A stretch of 64,000 nucleotides of DNA, from assembly GCA_963693365.1 (NCBI GenBank), contig CAVNZM010000001.1:8076907-8140906 (forward strand). Direction: 5' to 3'. The stretch is from Amoebidium appalachense. Its lineage: Eukaryota; Protista; Ichthyosporea. The notes under the pieces were generated by a model. It was given only the letters and a program-made list of their open reading frames with translations, did no database searches and was not told where the DNA came from. The position numbers and the translations under genes are program-made. How positions within the stretch are numbered: the first letter of the stretch is position 1; every line of letters starts with the position of its first letter. This document shows, piece after piece, positions 1 to 17,940 of this stretch.

Positions 1-26
1 TATGGATGGTGGCGGCGGTAGTGGTG

Positions 27-91
<65 letters not shown>

Positions 92-329
92 TGTATGTGT
101 GTGTGTGTGTGTTTGTGTGTGTGTTTGTGTGTGTGTTTGTGTGTGCGTTTGTGTGTGTGTTTGTGTGTGTGTTTTGGGGAGGGGGGGGAGGGGGGGGAGA
201 CAGAGAAAGAATGGGGGCGTGGGAGTGGAGGGAGAGTAAGGGCCACATATGTAGTCTGTTGTTGCATCAACACACAAATCTTTCAACAAATTAAACGGCT
301 AGAAGAACAGACACGGCATGCAAGCACAC

Positions 330-1031
330 CTTTTTCTTGTCCGAGTGTGGTGGATTCACGCTGGGTGTCTCCACACAGGCCGACCAAACGAGTCCCTTCC
401 CCTCTGTCTCACCCACCGTGCCCCAACACGCAGACGCCAAAATGTCGTTGATCACGTCTGAAACAAAAATAGCAGAATATTAGCTTTGTCACGGTGGGCC
501 CTCCCGGAGAGGGGCGGGAGGGCAGGCGGGGGGAGGGGGCGGCGGGGAAGGGGTGCGGTGGGGTTAAATTATCATGCAAAAAATTCGATGCTGTGAAGGT
601 GGACCAACACATGTACCAGGGGAGAAGATGGGAGAGGGGGCGAGGGGGGGGGGGAGAGGGGAAGGGGGGGTCGGCATTGAATAGAGTCAGTGTACCCTAG
701 GTAGCTGGGGAGTTCTGCATCCTCTTAGACGGAAGCTTGGAATAAGAGTAGAGAGGGAGGAGGAAAGAGGTTTGGGTTAGTGTGTCAGGGGGCGGGATCG
801 GTATGAACACCGGCGGCTGCGGCGGCGGCGGCGGCGGCGGGGGGGGGGGGGGGGGGGGGGGGGAGGGGGGAGGGAGGTGGGGGTGGGGGGGGGGGGGAGG
901 GGAGGGGGCGAGGGGGGAGAGGAAGAGAACAATTAGAGGGGGGGTGGGGGGGAGATGAAAAGAAAGTGTGAGAAAGAGCGGTAGAGGGGACATGATCAGG
1001 GCAAGGGGCAAGGGGGATGGAAGGGGGAGAA

Positions 1032-1062
<31 letters not shown>

Positions 1063-1420
1063 GTTATTTAGAAACGGAAAAAAGAGGGGAATCAAACACT
1101 TCATAATCCGGTTTCTGCTCAACCCACCAACTCAGTAAAATATCTTGGTGTATCCGTGCAAACCTATAAGAACTATTCACTAAGATGCACACATGTCAGC
1201 CATACATGAAGCGCATGAAGCGCAAGATTGCAGAGTCTTTCATTTGCAGAAGATTTCCCGGGTTTCCTCCTTTTGAGGAGCAACGAACATAGGCATGCGG
1301 TGAGCGCAGGTGTATTAGATGACTCACTCAAAAGCACGAAGGGCCGGGGAGGGTGTTGAGCGTTTGGGGGGGTGGAAGGGGGGGGAGGGGGGTAAGGAGG
1401 AAGGGTGGTAAGAGTTTAGT

Positions 1421-1451
<31 letters not shown>

Positions 1452-1738
1452 GGGTTGTTGGGGGGGGGTTGTGGGGGGGGGAGGATCGGCGAATGGTCTA
1501 AGAAGGTTTAGCATGTTTGTTTGTGTGTGTGTGTGTGCGTGCGTGTGTGTGTGCGTTTGTGTGTGTGTGCATGGGCCGGGGGAGGAGGGGGAGGGCCGGG
1601 GGTTGTTCGGTAGAACAGTGGAGCATGACAATGGAACATCGTGATCTTACCTTCCGTAGTCTTTTTACCGGCTGGATCCTCCATGATGATGGTCTTATTG
1701 ATGTCGAAGTGCAACACGAGGGTGGGTGTGTTCGCCAT
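330..1738 (-). CDS. Conserved hypothetical protein with HAD-like N-terminal motif (LVLHFDINKT); partial, continues beyond the window start
   Basis: Exon 1738-1651 MANTPTLVLHFDINKTIIMEDPAGKKTTE|gtaag joins in phase 1 to exon 457-330 (cag acceptor) DVINDILASACWGTVGETEGKGLVWSACVETPSVNPPHSDKKK|gtgtg. Confidence 0.7.
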
Positions 1739-2772
1739 GTTGCAATTTAGAGACGGGTGTTTCGACACCCCAAAACTAACAAGCTTTGAACGGTATCTTT
1801 TACTGTATTTAGTATTTCCAAACCGACCAATTATAGAACTGGTGTTACTATGATGGCTGTCGTTATAACATGTCCTTGCTGTGCTGATTGTGTGACTAGA
1901 CTTTTGAGGCCTTACAGCACCTTTATAGGTGTACCCAACGCTGGCGCCAAGAGTGACACGGTTAGCAAGAAAATAGAGGTTGTGCTCCAGCCGAAGCAAA
2001 AGAGACAGGGACATGTGTGTGTTTGATCAAAGCGTGGAATCGTGCACACATGTTTGATCTCTTTCGTAGAATTAGTAGAGCAGGAAGGTGCTGACTGAGG
2101 TCAGAAGCGTGAGTGACTGTGTTACATGATATATAATAAAGTATAATAGCATGGATGCTGAATGTGTAAGGAACTAAACACAGCACCTGTGCCTTTCCGG
2201 CAGTTCTGTGGTGCAGCCTGAGCTCCGGCCGGGAGAGCTCGGTCCCCTTCCGAAAACCTCCACCAATCAGCAAGTCGTATGGCACTGATGGCGCAATTGA
2301 TTAGCTATAAATGACTATTTGGTTGCGCAAACATCATATTTTCCTTGCCAGCTCAGCCGCTCAGGGCTGCTCGATCCGGGTTGCACTGGAATGGCTTGTC
2401 GCCGTGACGGTGTTATCTGTGATACGAGGGGAAGAGCGAAGGGTTGCGACAAATGAGTTTGTTTTGCAACCACTTGGTCACTTCCAGTCGTAACTAGTAG
2501 ATTTTTTAGGTGCCTGTGGAAAGTGGGCTGGTGGACAGTCTTGGCAAAAAAGGGTGAGGTGTGGCGGTTCGATGTTCAGCACACATGTGCATCACTATAA
2601 TGTCTGAAGGAGCATCTTTCTACTGTTTACCTATAATAAACTACGGTGTAGGCGACATTATATTACCTCACTACGCTTTCTGAAAGAGTGAAGTTCAGAA
2701 ACCATAGGTGAGAAGAAAGCAAGAAGGAGGTAGACGAGAGAGAAGGGAAGAAAGTACGATACAACAGTCAAC

Positions 2773-5700
2773 ATGCAGCGTGCTATTGAAACCTTCCCTC
2801 TTGGGCCCACCCACCGCACCAAACTGCAAAAGGCTGGGTTCAGAACGGCACAGGAAGTCGTCAGCCTCTCACCAGTAGAGTTGGCAAAGGAGTTGGTAGT
2901 CGATAAGGTGGGTGGGTGGTTAAGTGAGTGTGTATGTTTCGCACAGAGGTAGAGAGCATGGTTCAAGTTTTATGTGTTTGGTATGCGCGCAGGTGATGAA
3001 ATGGGCGAAAGAAAAGACGGAACACAAGACAATTATGGTGTGGACGGGAAGTTTAAGGGAGAAGTGGCAAGGATTGAAAGGGCAGGGGGGGGGGGGGGGG
3101 GGGGCAAAGGGGCTCGGAAGGGTGGTGTTGGGCGGAGTGTTTACAGAGCGGGCACAGTTGGCGTGGGGGGAAAGGGGAAGGGGGTGGTGGGATAAGGACG
3201 GGTTTTTGAAGGAAGGGTTGTGCTTGCGCGTGTGAGCTCTGGTTGTGTGACTGTTGTGCTTGAGAAACAGATGCAACTGCTGTACGGCTGAGTAAATATA
3301 CCCGGTACGTTCATGTTTACTTTTTTTTTTAAAGTCTTAGCTGAAAGTGTTTCGCGAAACTCTTAGAGTGTAGATACAAGCAGCACACCCTTCTTCTTGC
3401 ACACAGGAGCAGTATCACCTTGGGCACCCAGCGACTTTTTGGTACATACAAATTTAAGTATGGACACAGGCAACACAGCGGCGATACACAATGTTGCACG
3501 GAAAGGCACGCACCGTTGAAACAATCAAGCCCCAAATACACAAAAAAAAAACACAAAATGGACGCAAAGGTCAAAGACTCTCACATATACCAAACACACA
3601 AACACACAATACAAACGCATGCACACAAGCACTTACGCACACACACACACACAGACACACGCACACACACGCGCGCGCGCGCAAGCGCACACGCACACAC
3701 AAGGATAGGGCTTAAGCACAGACACAGACCTTAGTATAGATGTAATACCGATATTCTTCTGGTTGCAGGTGCACTATTTGCCCCCTCCCCCCTCCCCCCT
3801 CCCCCTCCCCCCCCCTCCCCCTCCCCCCCCCCCCCCCCCACCTACCCACCCGCTGTTTCGATCGCTCCATGGCCCAATTTTTCATCTCAAACCCCCCCCC
3901 CCACCCCCCCACCCCACCCCCGCCCCCCCACCCCCCTCCCCCCTCCCCCTCCCTCCCCCCCCCCTCCCCCCCCTCCCCCCTCCCTCCCCCCCCCCTCCCC
4001 CCCCCCCCCCCCCCCCACCTCCCCCGGCTCCTTCTCTCCTCCCTTCCTCCCTGTACCTTTTCCCCTCAATCCCCCGCTCCCCCCGCCCCCTTCAAACACA
4101 GGCGGAAGCACTCGAGATTCTAAAAATAGTTCGAGGGGAGAACTGCCTAGCGCCGCCACCCGCACCCCCCAGTGCCCTTACCCTCCTCTCTCGAGACGCG
4201 TCCCTCACGCCCATACCCACCTTCAGCACCCAAATCGACAACCTTTTGTCACCACCCATCTCTACACTTCAACAAGAACACACCTCAACCCAAAGAACGG
4301 GGTTGCTATCAAAGGGGGTGCCGCGGGGATGCGTAACTGAGTTTTGCGGTGCGCCCGGCGTGGGGAAAACTCAACTTGGGCTGCAGTTGGCAGTGAATGT
4401 TCAGTTTCCGAAGGAGGCGGGAGGGGTGGGTGGGGAGTCGGTTTTCATAGACACGGAGGGGAGTTTTGTGGTTGAAAGATTGGCCGAAATCGTACAGGCG
4501 TCGCTCGATTACATAAGAAGATATGCGAAATTTCAGGCTGGATCCGAGGCCGCGCGAGCGATCGAGAACATGAGTTTGGAGGGGGTGCTTGGTGGGGTGA
4601 ACTATTTCCGGGTGCATTCGTATGTGGAGCAGCTGGCTTTGGGGTATCATTTGGAGAGATTTTGCTGCGAAAACCCAAAGGTGTGTGCTTTTTTTTTGTT
4701 ACACCCCCTCTCCCCTTCCTTCCTCCCCCCCCCCTCCCCCTCCCCCCCTTTCCCCTCCCCCTCCATCCTCCCCCCCATCCTCCCCCCCCCAGCGCCCACC
4801 CTCCCGGTCCTCTTCTTTGACTTCTTGCCTTTTGCTTTAAAGTTCTTTCTTTTCGTTTTCCTTTTATTTCTTTTCTTTCCTTTCCTTTTTTTTCCTTCTA
4901 TCTTTCTTTCCTCCTTTCTTTTTTTTTTTTCGGGGGGAGGGGGGGAGGGGGGGAGGGGGGAACTTGTGTAAGTTTGGAGGTTGTGTTCCCGGGAGGGTTT
5001 AGGGGAACGAGCGCGGAGTTCGGGGGAAGGGGAGGGGGGGAGGGGGGGGGGGGGGGTTAAGGAGGTGGGATACGTTGGTTTGTAGAGGCTTTTTGTCTCT
5101 GTATTTAAAGCGGGGCGTGGAAGCTAATATCAGACTATCAAAAAGTTGGCCAATCCGATTTATGCAACGACATAGCACGATATGCTTTCACTGGTGCTAC
5201 AATGTTTTCATAGGAAGTATAAAAAGCAGTAACGGTCTGAGCACTATTGAACTCGCTACAGGTTATGGCTGTGTTTGGCATTTTATGTAATTACACAATG
5301 CACCATATGGTCTTTTGAAGTATTTTATCACTTATTTTTAACGCAGGTTAAACTGGTGATAATGGACAGTGTTGCGTTCCATTTCCGCGGTGGCCACAAG
5401 GACATGGCCCTGCGCACCCGCCTGCTCCAAAGCATGGCAAATGCCCTGAGCTCATTGGCTAAGAATCACGGTGTGGCTGTCGTGCTCATGAACCAGATGA
5501 CAACAAAGGGTACGTGAATCCCCCCCAATCCCCCCCCCCCTCCCCCCCCCCCCCCTTCCCCAATACCCCCCTCCTCCCCCCCCCCCCCAAAAAAAAATTT
5601 TCTTACTCCTCTTCCCCCCCCCCCCCCCCCTCCCCCCCCTCCCCTCCTGTCACACCCCGTCCCGATCCGGCCCCCACTCTGCCCGTCTCCCCGCCAACCT

Positions 5701-6692
5701 GCCAGTACGGAAGCCTCCACACCCTTAAAGCCTCCACGCCCTTAACCATTGTTTGGCTTTTTCCTTGTTTTTTACTTTGGGCTTTTCTGAGGCACTGCAC
5801 TGCATTCACCCTGCCCCCCCCTCCCCCCTCCCCCTCTCCCCCCTTCCCCTCCCCCCGGAAAGGAAAAACCCCCTATCTGAACTCGAGCCTAGACCTTCTC
5901 CCCCCCCCCCCCCACCCCCCCCTCCCTCCACACCCCCCCACAAAACCCCAGCCAAACGCACCCTTTGCGTACCAACACACACACACTATGGAAAATATTA
6001 GTTCTTTCTTGTGGTGTAATGCCATCAATAACTGGTACCTCTCCCCACCTGCGGAATTTAGGATCGGCAAGAGTAATATACTGAATGTGCACATCATCCC
6101 CCCCCCCCCCCCCCCCCCCCTCCCCCTCCCCCCCCCCCTCCTCCCTGCCTGCCCGCCCGCCCCCTACACCCCCCCCCACACCCACCCACCACCGCTACCA
6201 CCAACCGTGGCCCACACCACCCCATACCCCATAACCCCCACCCCAGGCCTCCTTTCCGCCATTTTTTTTTACACAAACCCCTACACTTGTTTCTACACTC
6301 AAATAATCCCTATTCTTCAAACACTTTGTCTCGACTCCATTATAATATTTTTTTTTTAAACTCTTTATTTCAATCATTTTTTTTCTGCGTCAGGAGTCGT
6401 GTGCGAATTGGTACGTCCTCTACCCACTTATTTCCATATATGGTCACAGTGAGCAGCACGGCCCAATCACAGCTCATCCCTGCCCTTGGTGAGAGCTGGG
6501 GCCATGCATGCACCCATCGGGTGCTTCTTTACTGGAACGACGGTAGCGTCCCCCTCTTCCCCCCTCCCCCACTCACCCAGCCACCAACCAACCCGCTCAC
6601 CCACAAAAAAAAGAAAAATGCATTCCGCAGTCAGCATTTTAGGGGATACTTTTGAAGAATTACAACTGAAAGGAGTGGTGGTGGTGGTGGTG

Positions 6693-6765
<73 letters not shown>

Positions 6766-6808
6766 AGGGATTATGTGCAGTTCCTGATCTCGGACTGCTT
6801 ATGATATA

Positions 6809-6856
<48 letters not shown>

Positions 6857-7487
6857 AGCCCGCCCTCCGGACCCCAGCCACACACAAACACGCGCATGTG
6901 AAGGCACACAACCTGCGGGGGTTTATGCACACACATACTTGTGCTTTTGGTGCAGGCTGGGGAGAAAAGGGGGGTAGAGGGGGGGTGGGGGGGGGGGGGG
7001 GGGGGGGGGGTTTTGAATGCGTTAAAAAGTACGAAGTACACAAGAACAAACGGATAACACGATGCAGAATGCAAGCCATACATAAAGAGTATGCATAATA
7101 AGCAGAGCCCATCCTCAGGGGGGGCCCACGTCATCCACAGGGGGGGGGGGGGGGGGGGTGTCAGGGGGGCTCTGGAAGGTTTGGATGCATGACTGAGAAC
7201 AGATTCTGAGTAATAACAGAAAAAGGGAAATTTCGCAGCGGACATTTTCGACCCCAGATCATCCATCTAACATTCAGTTCAGGAGAAAATGTGTTTCGTG
7301 CTTCTCATTCAGAGAGCCGTTCATTTCCTAACCGGCCAGTTTCCGCTCAGGCCAGCGCCGGGCCCGAGTATACAAGTCCCCGGTCCTACGGGAGGCCACG
7401 GTGACCTATGACGTCACGGCCGAGGGGGTTAGGGACCAACAGGCACAGCCGGGGGTAAAGAGGGGCCATGCAGACGTGCTACCATAG
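2773..7487 (+). CDS. RAD51C: DNA repair protein RAD51 paralog C
   Basis: Exons 2773-2907, 4102-4680, 5347-5509, 6450-6542, 7351-7487, all GT-AG and phase-consistent. Walker A GAPGVGKT, QLAVNVQFP, FIDTEGSF, Walker B VKLVIMDSVAFHFR, NQMTTK, PALGESWGH, YKSP...GVRD are RAD51C-type motifs. Confidence 0.93.
7011..7140 (-). mobile_element. 5'-truncated copy of the 3'-terminal module downstream of the Penelope-like RT, inserted in a G/C homopolymer in RAD51C intron 4
   Basis: Reverse complement matches 62847-62976 at 129/130 nt. Flanked on both sides by poly-G (+ strand), i.e. poly-C on the element strand. Confidence 0.8.
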
Positions 7488-8147
7488 AAAGGAAGGGATG
7501 GGGCGGGGAGGGGAGGAAAGAGGCAAAGAGAGGGAAGGGGAGGGAGGGTGGGTGGGTGGGGTGGGGGGGTTTGGTGGGGGGGACGGGGAAAGCTTTAGCC
7601 GGAGAGGGAGGAAGAGGGAAAAGATGGGTGTTCGTGTGGTGTGTATGGCGAGAGGGAGAGGGAGAGAGAGCCCTAGACAGAGAGGGAGAGAGTGTGTGTG
7701 TGTGGATGATGAGGACAAGGTCTACTGGAGAGGGGGCGAGGGGTGGGGAAGGGGGGAAGGGGGGGGAGGTCTCTTCAACCGTCTTGAATTCGAATGTGAC
7801 CAAATTTTCGAATGTTAGGGGCTTTATTGAAAAACAATAACAAGCTGAAATAGGGGTTCATATCAATTTGATAAATTGCATATTGACTGTGGTATGAATG
7901 TACAGGTTAGAATGCCTTGTCATTCGCATGCCATATATAGATTACGACTGTAAGAATGGTGGTGCATGAGATTCAAAATTGATGACGTCATATGCAGTAA
8001 TGTTTTGTGTTTTGCCATGGAACGTATGGTGATTGGCTAATTCAGTATTACAGTGCAACACATTGGGCGGTGTAAGTTACACTAATGCCAAACCGAACAA
8101 ATGAGCAGTGTCTGAAGTTTCTGCCGTGCGTATGTACATGTGTGTGT

Positions 8148-8218
<71 letters not shown>

Positions 8219-8531
8219 AGCATGGTGCAGTACGCTTGCGTGTGTGAAAATACCAGGGTTATGGATGTGTGTGTGCACAGGATTATGTATACGAGAGTTG
8301 CATGAACAGGTTTTCTTTCGCAATTCACCATATCTAATACTAGAAGCCACATATATAGCAAAAAACGTGAATAGCTCGCACGGATGAAACAAGCACGAGC
8401 ATACATCGAATCCGCAAACAAAAACCCCTAACTTAATATGGAAACCCAAATATGGCTAATCATTTCAATCAGAATTTTTCAGTCAACAAGCGTGAGCATT
8501 CAACAAAAACACAAACATTTTTCTTGCTCGG

Positions 8532-14716
<6,185 letters not shown>

Positions 14717-15397
14717 TTTCAAGAGTTAAAGTGCAAAAGAAACGAAGATTCGAATGGTAATAAAACGGCGGAAATGCGTTCGTATTATCATAATATGTTA
14801 TGAAAGCATTTGCATTTATGTGCTGATCATAAATTCGGATATATTTGTACTGTTTCTGATTGATTCAAGCAGATCTAAGCCCTCTGGCTGCTACTCACAC
14901 GGAATCCCGAAGAATTAAACTGGTAGCTAGCGACCTTCTCTTTCAATCATTGTTGAGTTTGAGTAATCGAATGTCCTGGTTGCCATCTGCATGGCATTAC
15001 TACTAAATAAAGAGCCAATTTGTGTGCCGGTATGAGAGCACCGCTTCTGGTTCAAGCACAATGAAGCGTTACTGTTTCTCGTTTTTGTAACCAGTTAGAA
15101 GCCCTGAGGAGATCATCTATGCGCTGCATACACATACACAGACAACCACATAAAGTTGTTCCATTATAGAGCCGAAAAATATGCTCCCATACTACAGTGT
15201 TTCCCCTCTTTCTCTAAACGAATATTCAAGCAATCCACCTCTCTTCACCGTGTAACGTTCTGAACTCTTCATGATCAACGTTTGAAGCCTGATATAAAAT
15301 ATAAGGACCGCACCAAAGATCGTACCATTATCAAGGCAAATGGGGTACAGATACAAATGCTTAACTTGACAGCCACCAAAGAATCAGAACGAAAATG

Positions 15398-15437
<40 letters not shown>

Positions 15438-15499
15438 AGATAAATATGACAAAGGGGAAAAAAAAACATATATAGAAATATTAGCATAGAAAAAATAAT

Positions 15500-15556
15500 G
15501 ATGATGTACAATGGTGGGTAGACAAGCGATGATGTACAATGGTGGGTAGACAAGCG
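15500..15556. repeat. Perfect 28-bp tandem duplication in the divergent intergenic region
   Basis: gatgatgtacaatggtgggtagacaagc x2 (15500-15527, 15528-15555). Confidence 0.9.
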
Positions 15557-16064
15557 TGCCAAAAGCTAGGCAGGGATCCTGAACTTGTCAGGTTCTCCGT
15601 ACTTATTTTTACTAGATGCTTATATGTTATTGGGTCAGATCCACGTTATGAACATAACGGCGCAATTGCCCCAAAGTTTGTACAGAAGTGAAGCAACTTA
15701 GACCAAACTTAAAGAAGGACCTTTTTGTTTGGTCATTATTGTGTGAAGCATCATCGAGTACTAAGTAGTTTAAAGGTGTAGCGTAGTTCTCGAAAAGTAT
15801 TATCTTGTTTTTTCTTCTTTTTCCGCTCTAGCGGCGCACCCAACACAGACCCTTTTACACAATGGTTTGTAGGCTTTCTTTTCTTAAAAACATCTGAACC
15901 CATACGAACATCCCATTTATTTTGGTTTCAAGCTTTTGCAGAGGGGGTGGGGAAGTCCACATACTTCTGTTTGTGGTTTTGCTAGCCACATGTTCACAAT
16001 GAACATACAACCAAGTTAGTCATTTCGGCCGCCTGTGGCTTACACAGGCACGGGATCAGGCAGA

Positions 16065-16926
16065 ATGGACTCGGACAATTGGTGGTGCACTGACTGTCAA
16101 AGGGGATTTGGTACGGCCAAAGCTTTTTACCAGCACACGAGAGACAAGCACAACGACCATGTTGACCCGAATTTGATAAGGCCAACCAGAAAAGGCAATA
16201 CAGGTATGCATTGTTCTTTTCGACTTGTAAGGTGACGTAAAGGATTGCGCTGTTTCTACTATTTTCTGCACGAACGGTCTGTTGACACGTGCTCGTGTCT
16301 CGTTTGCTGCAAATCTGAATCATGAGGTGCAATTCCTCATGTTTAAATGAGCCTGCATGAAACATGTTTGTGCTTTAATTTTGTAGTTGTTCACTTTCAC
16401 GCTTTCTCGCCGACCAAGCTTGTAATCGTCCCCCCCCCCCCCCCCCCCCCCTTCCCCCCTGTGTGTGTTATCTGTTTCACAAACATGGCATGTTGTTGTC
16501 GGTCATGAGAGTGTACTTCATACCCTGTACCACATTCTAACCCCCCCCCCCCCCCCCTTCCCCTCTCCTGCGGCCCTCACCTCCTTGGTGCTCTTGGGAC
16601 TTAGATTAACTCGTCTTCTTGACACATGTTTGCTGCCTCGAAATGAGTGCTTTGAGAGAGCTTGTTTTATTTGCGTGGAACACTAAGTTGGCTGGGAGTA
16701 TGCGACAGCCACGTTATTATGTCACCACTGGTGCGGTGAAAGAATGACCTGTGAAATGTAATGGGCTGTGAATGGGGAAATCCGTGCAGGTGTTAGACTT
16801 AGAATGTTTCTACCACAGTCAAATGGTAGTTAGTTAAAGTGCGAAAAGGGGAGGAGGAAGGAGGGGGCGACGGGTGGTGGTGGTGGTGGTGGTGGTTTTT
16901 TTTTTGGTTTTTTTTTGTTTTTTGTT

Positions 16927-16968
<42 letters not shown>

Positions 16969-17199
16969 CGAGAGTACCACCACCTGCTTGCATCATTTGT
17001 CCTTTATTCAGCCTAAGCGCTCTCTTCTACTTTATTTTTTACAGCTTTTTAATCCCCCCCCCCCTCCAGGGCGGCCGCCACCATTGCAGCCCATAATCGG
17101 TTGCAGACCAGCAGGAAGGACGAGACCCGGTGGCGGGAACGCGTCTCATGGCATGTGTGGTATTCTCATCCCCCCTCCCCCCCCCCCTCCCCCCCCTCC

Positions 17200-17230
<31 letters not shown>

Positions 17231-17903
17231 AAAAAAAAAAAGCCGCGACACCGGCACTTAGGTGTCTGCCAGCAAACCCGGCTGCACTCCCGCTTTTGCC
17301 TTGTTTAGTCCTTCCTACAAGGAAAAGGGGGAGGGGCGAGAGGGAAAGAGGGGGGGAGAGGGAAGAGAGGGGGTTGGGTGGGGGGAGGAGGGGGGAAGGG
17401 GGAGGGGAGGGGGGGGGATGGATGGCGTCTTTTTTTGTTGATGGAACGGTTTATTTTTATTCTCACTTCTGCCCTCTCAGCATCCCTTTCCATGTTCCAT
17501 GTCGAATGTTCCTGGACGCCAGTTTATCCGATGGGGTGGGGCATGGTGTGAGAGGTGATCTAAATGCATGTTTCTAGTTGTTGCTTCTATCATTTCCAGC
17601 AAAACGCACCCCCCCCCCCCTCCCCGCCCGCCCCGCTTCTCTCCTTCCGGTCATCCAAACACACACGCACAACCACCACTGCCATTACTGCGCACACATG
17701 CGGGCACACACACAAAACACACATCAACACACACACACACACACACACATACACGCACACATACACACACGCGCGCGCACACCCACACATACAAAAAATC
17801 TCTCCCTTCTTTCCCCTCACCTCGCCCTGTATCTCTTTCCCCTTGCGCGCACTCATATAGTCTCTCTCTCTCTCGCTCTCGCTCTCTCTCTCTCTCTCTC
17901 TCG

Positions 17904-17940
<37 letters not shown>

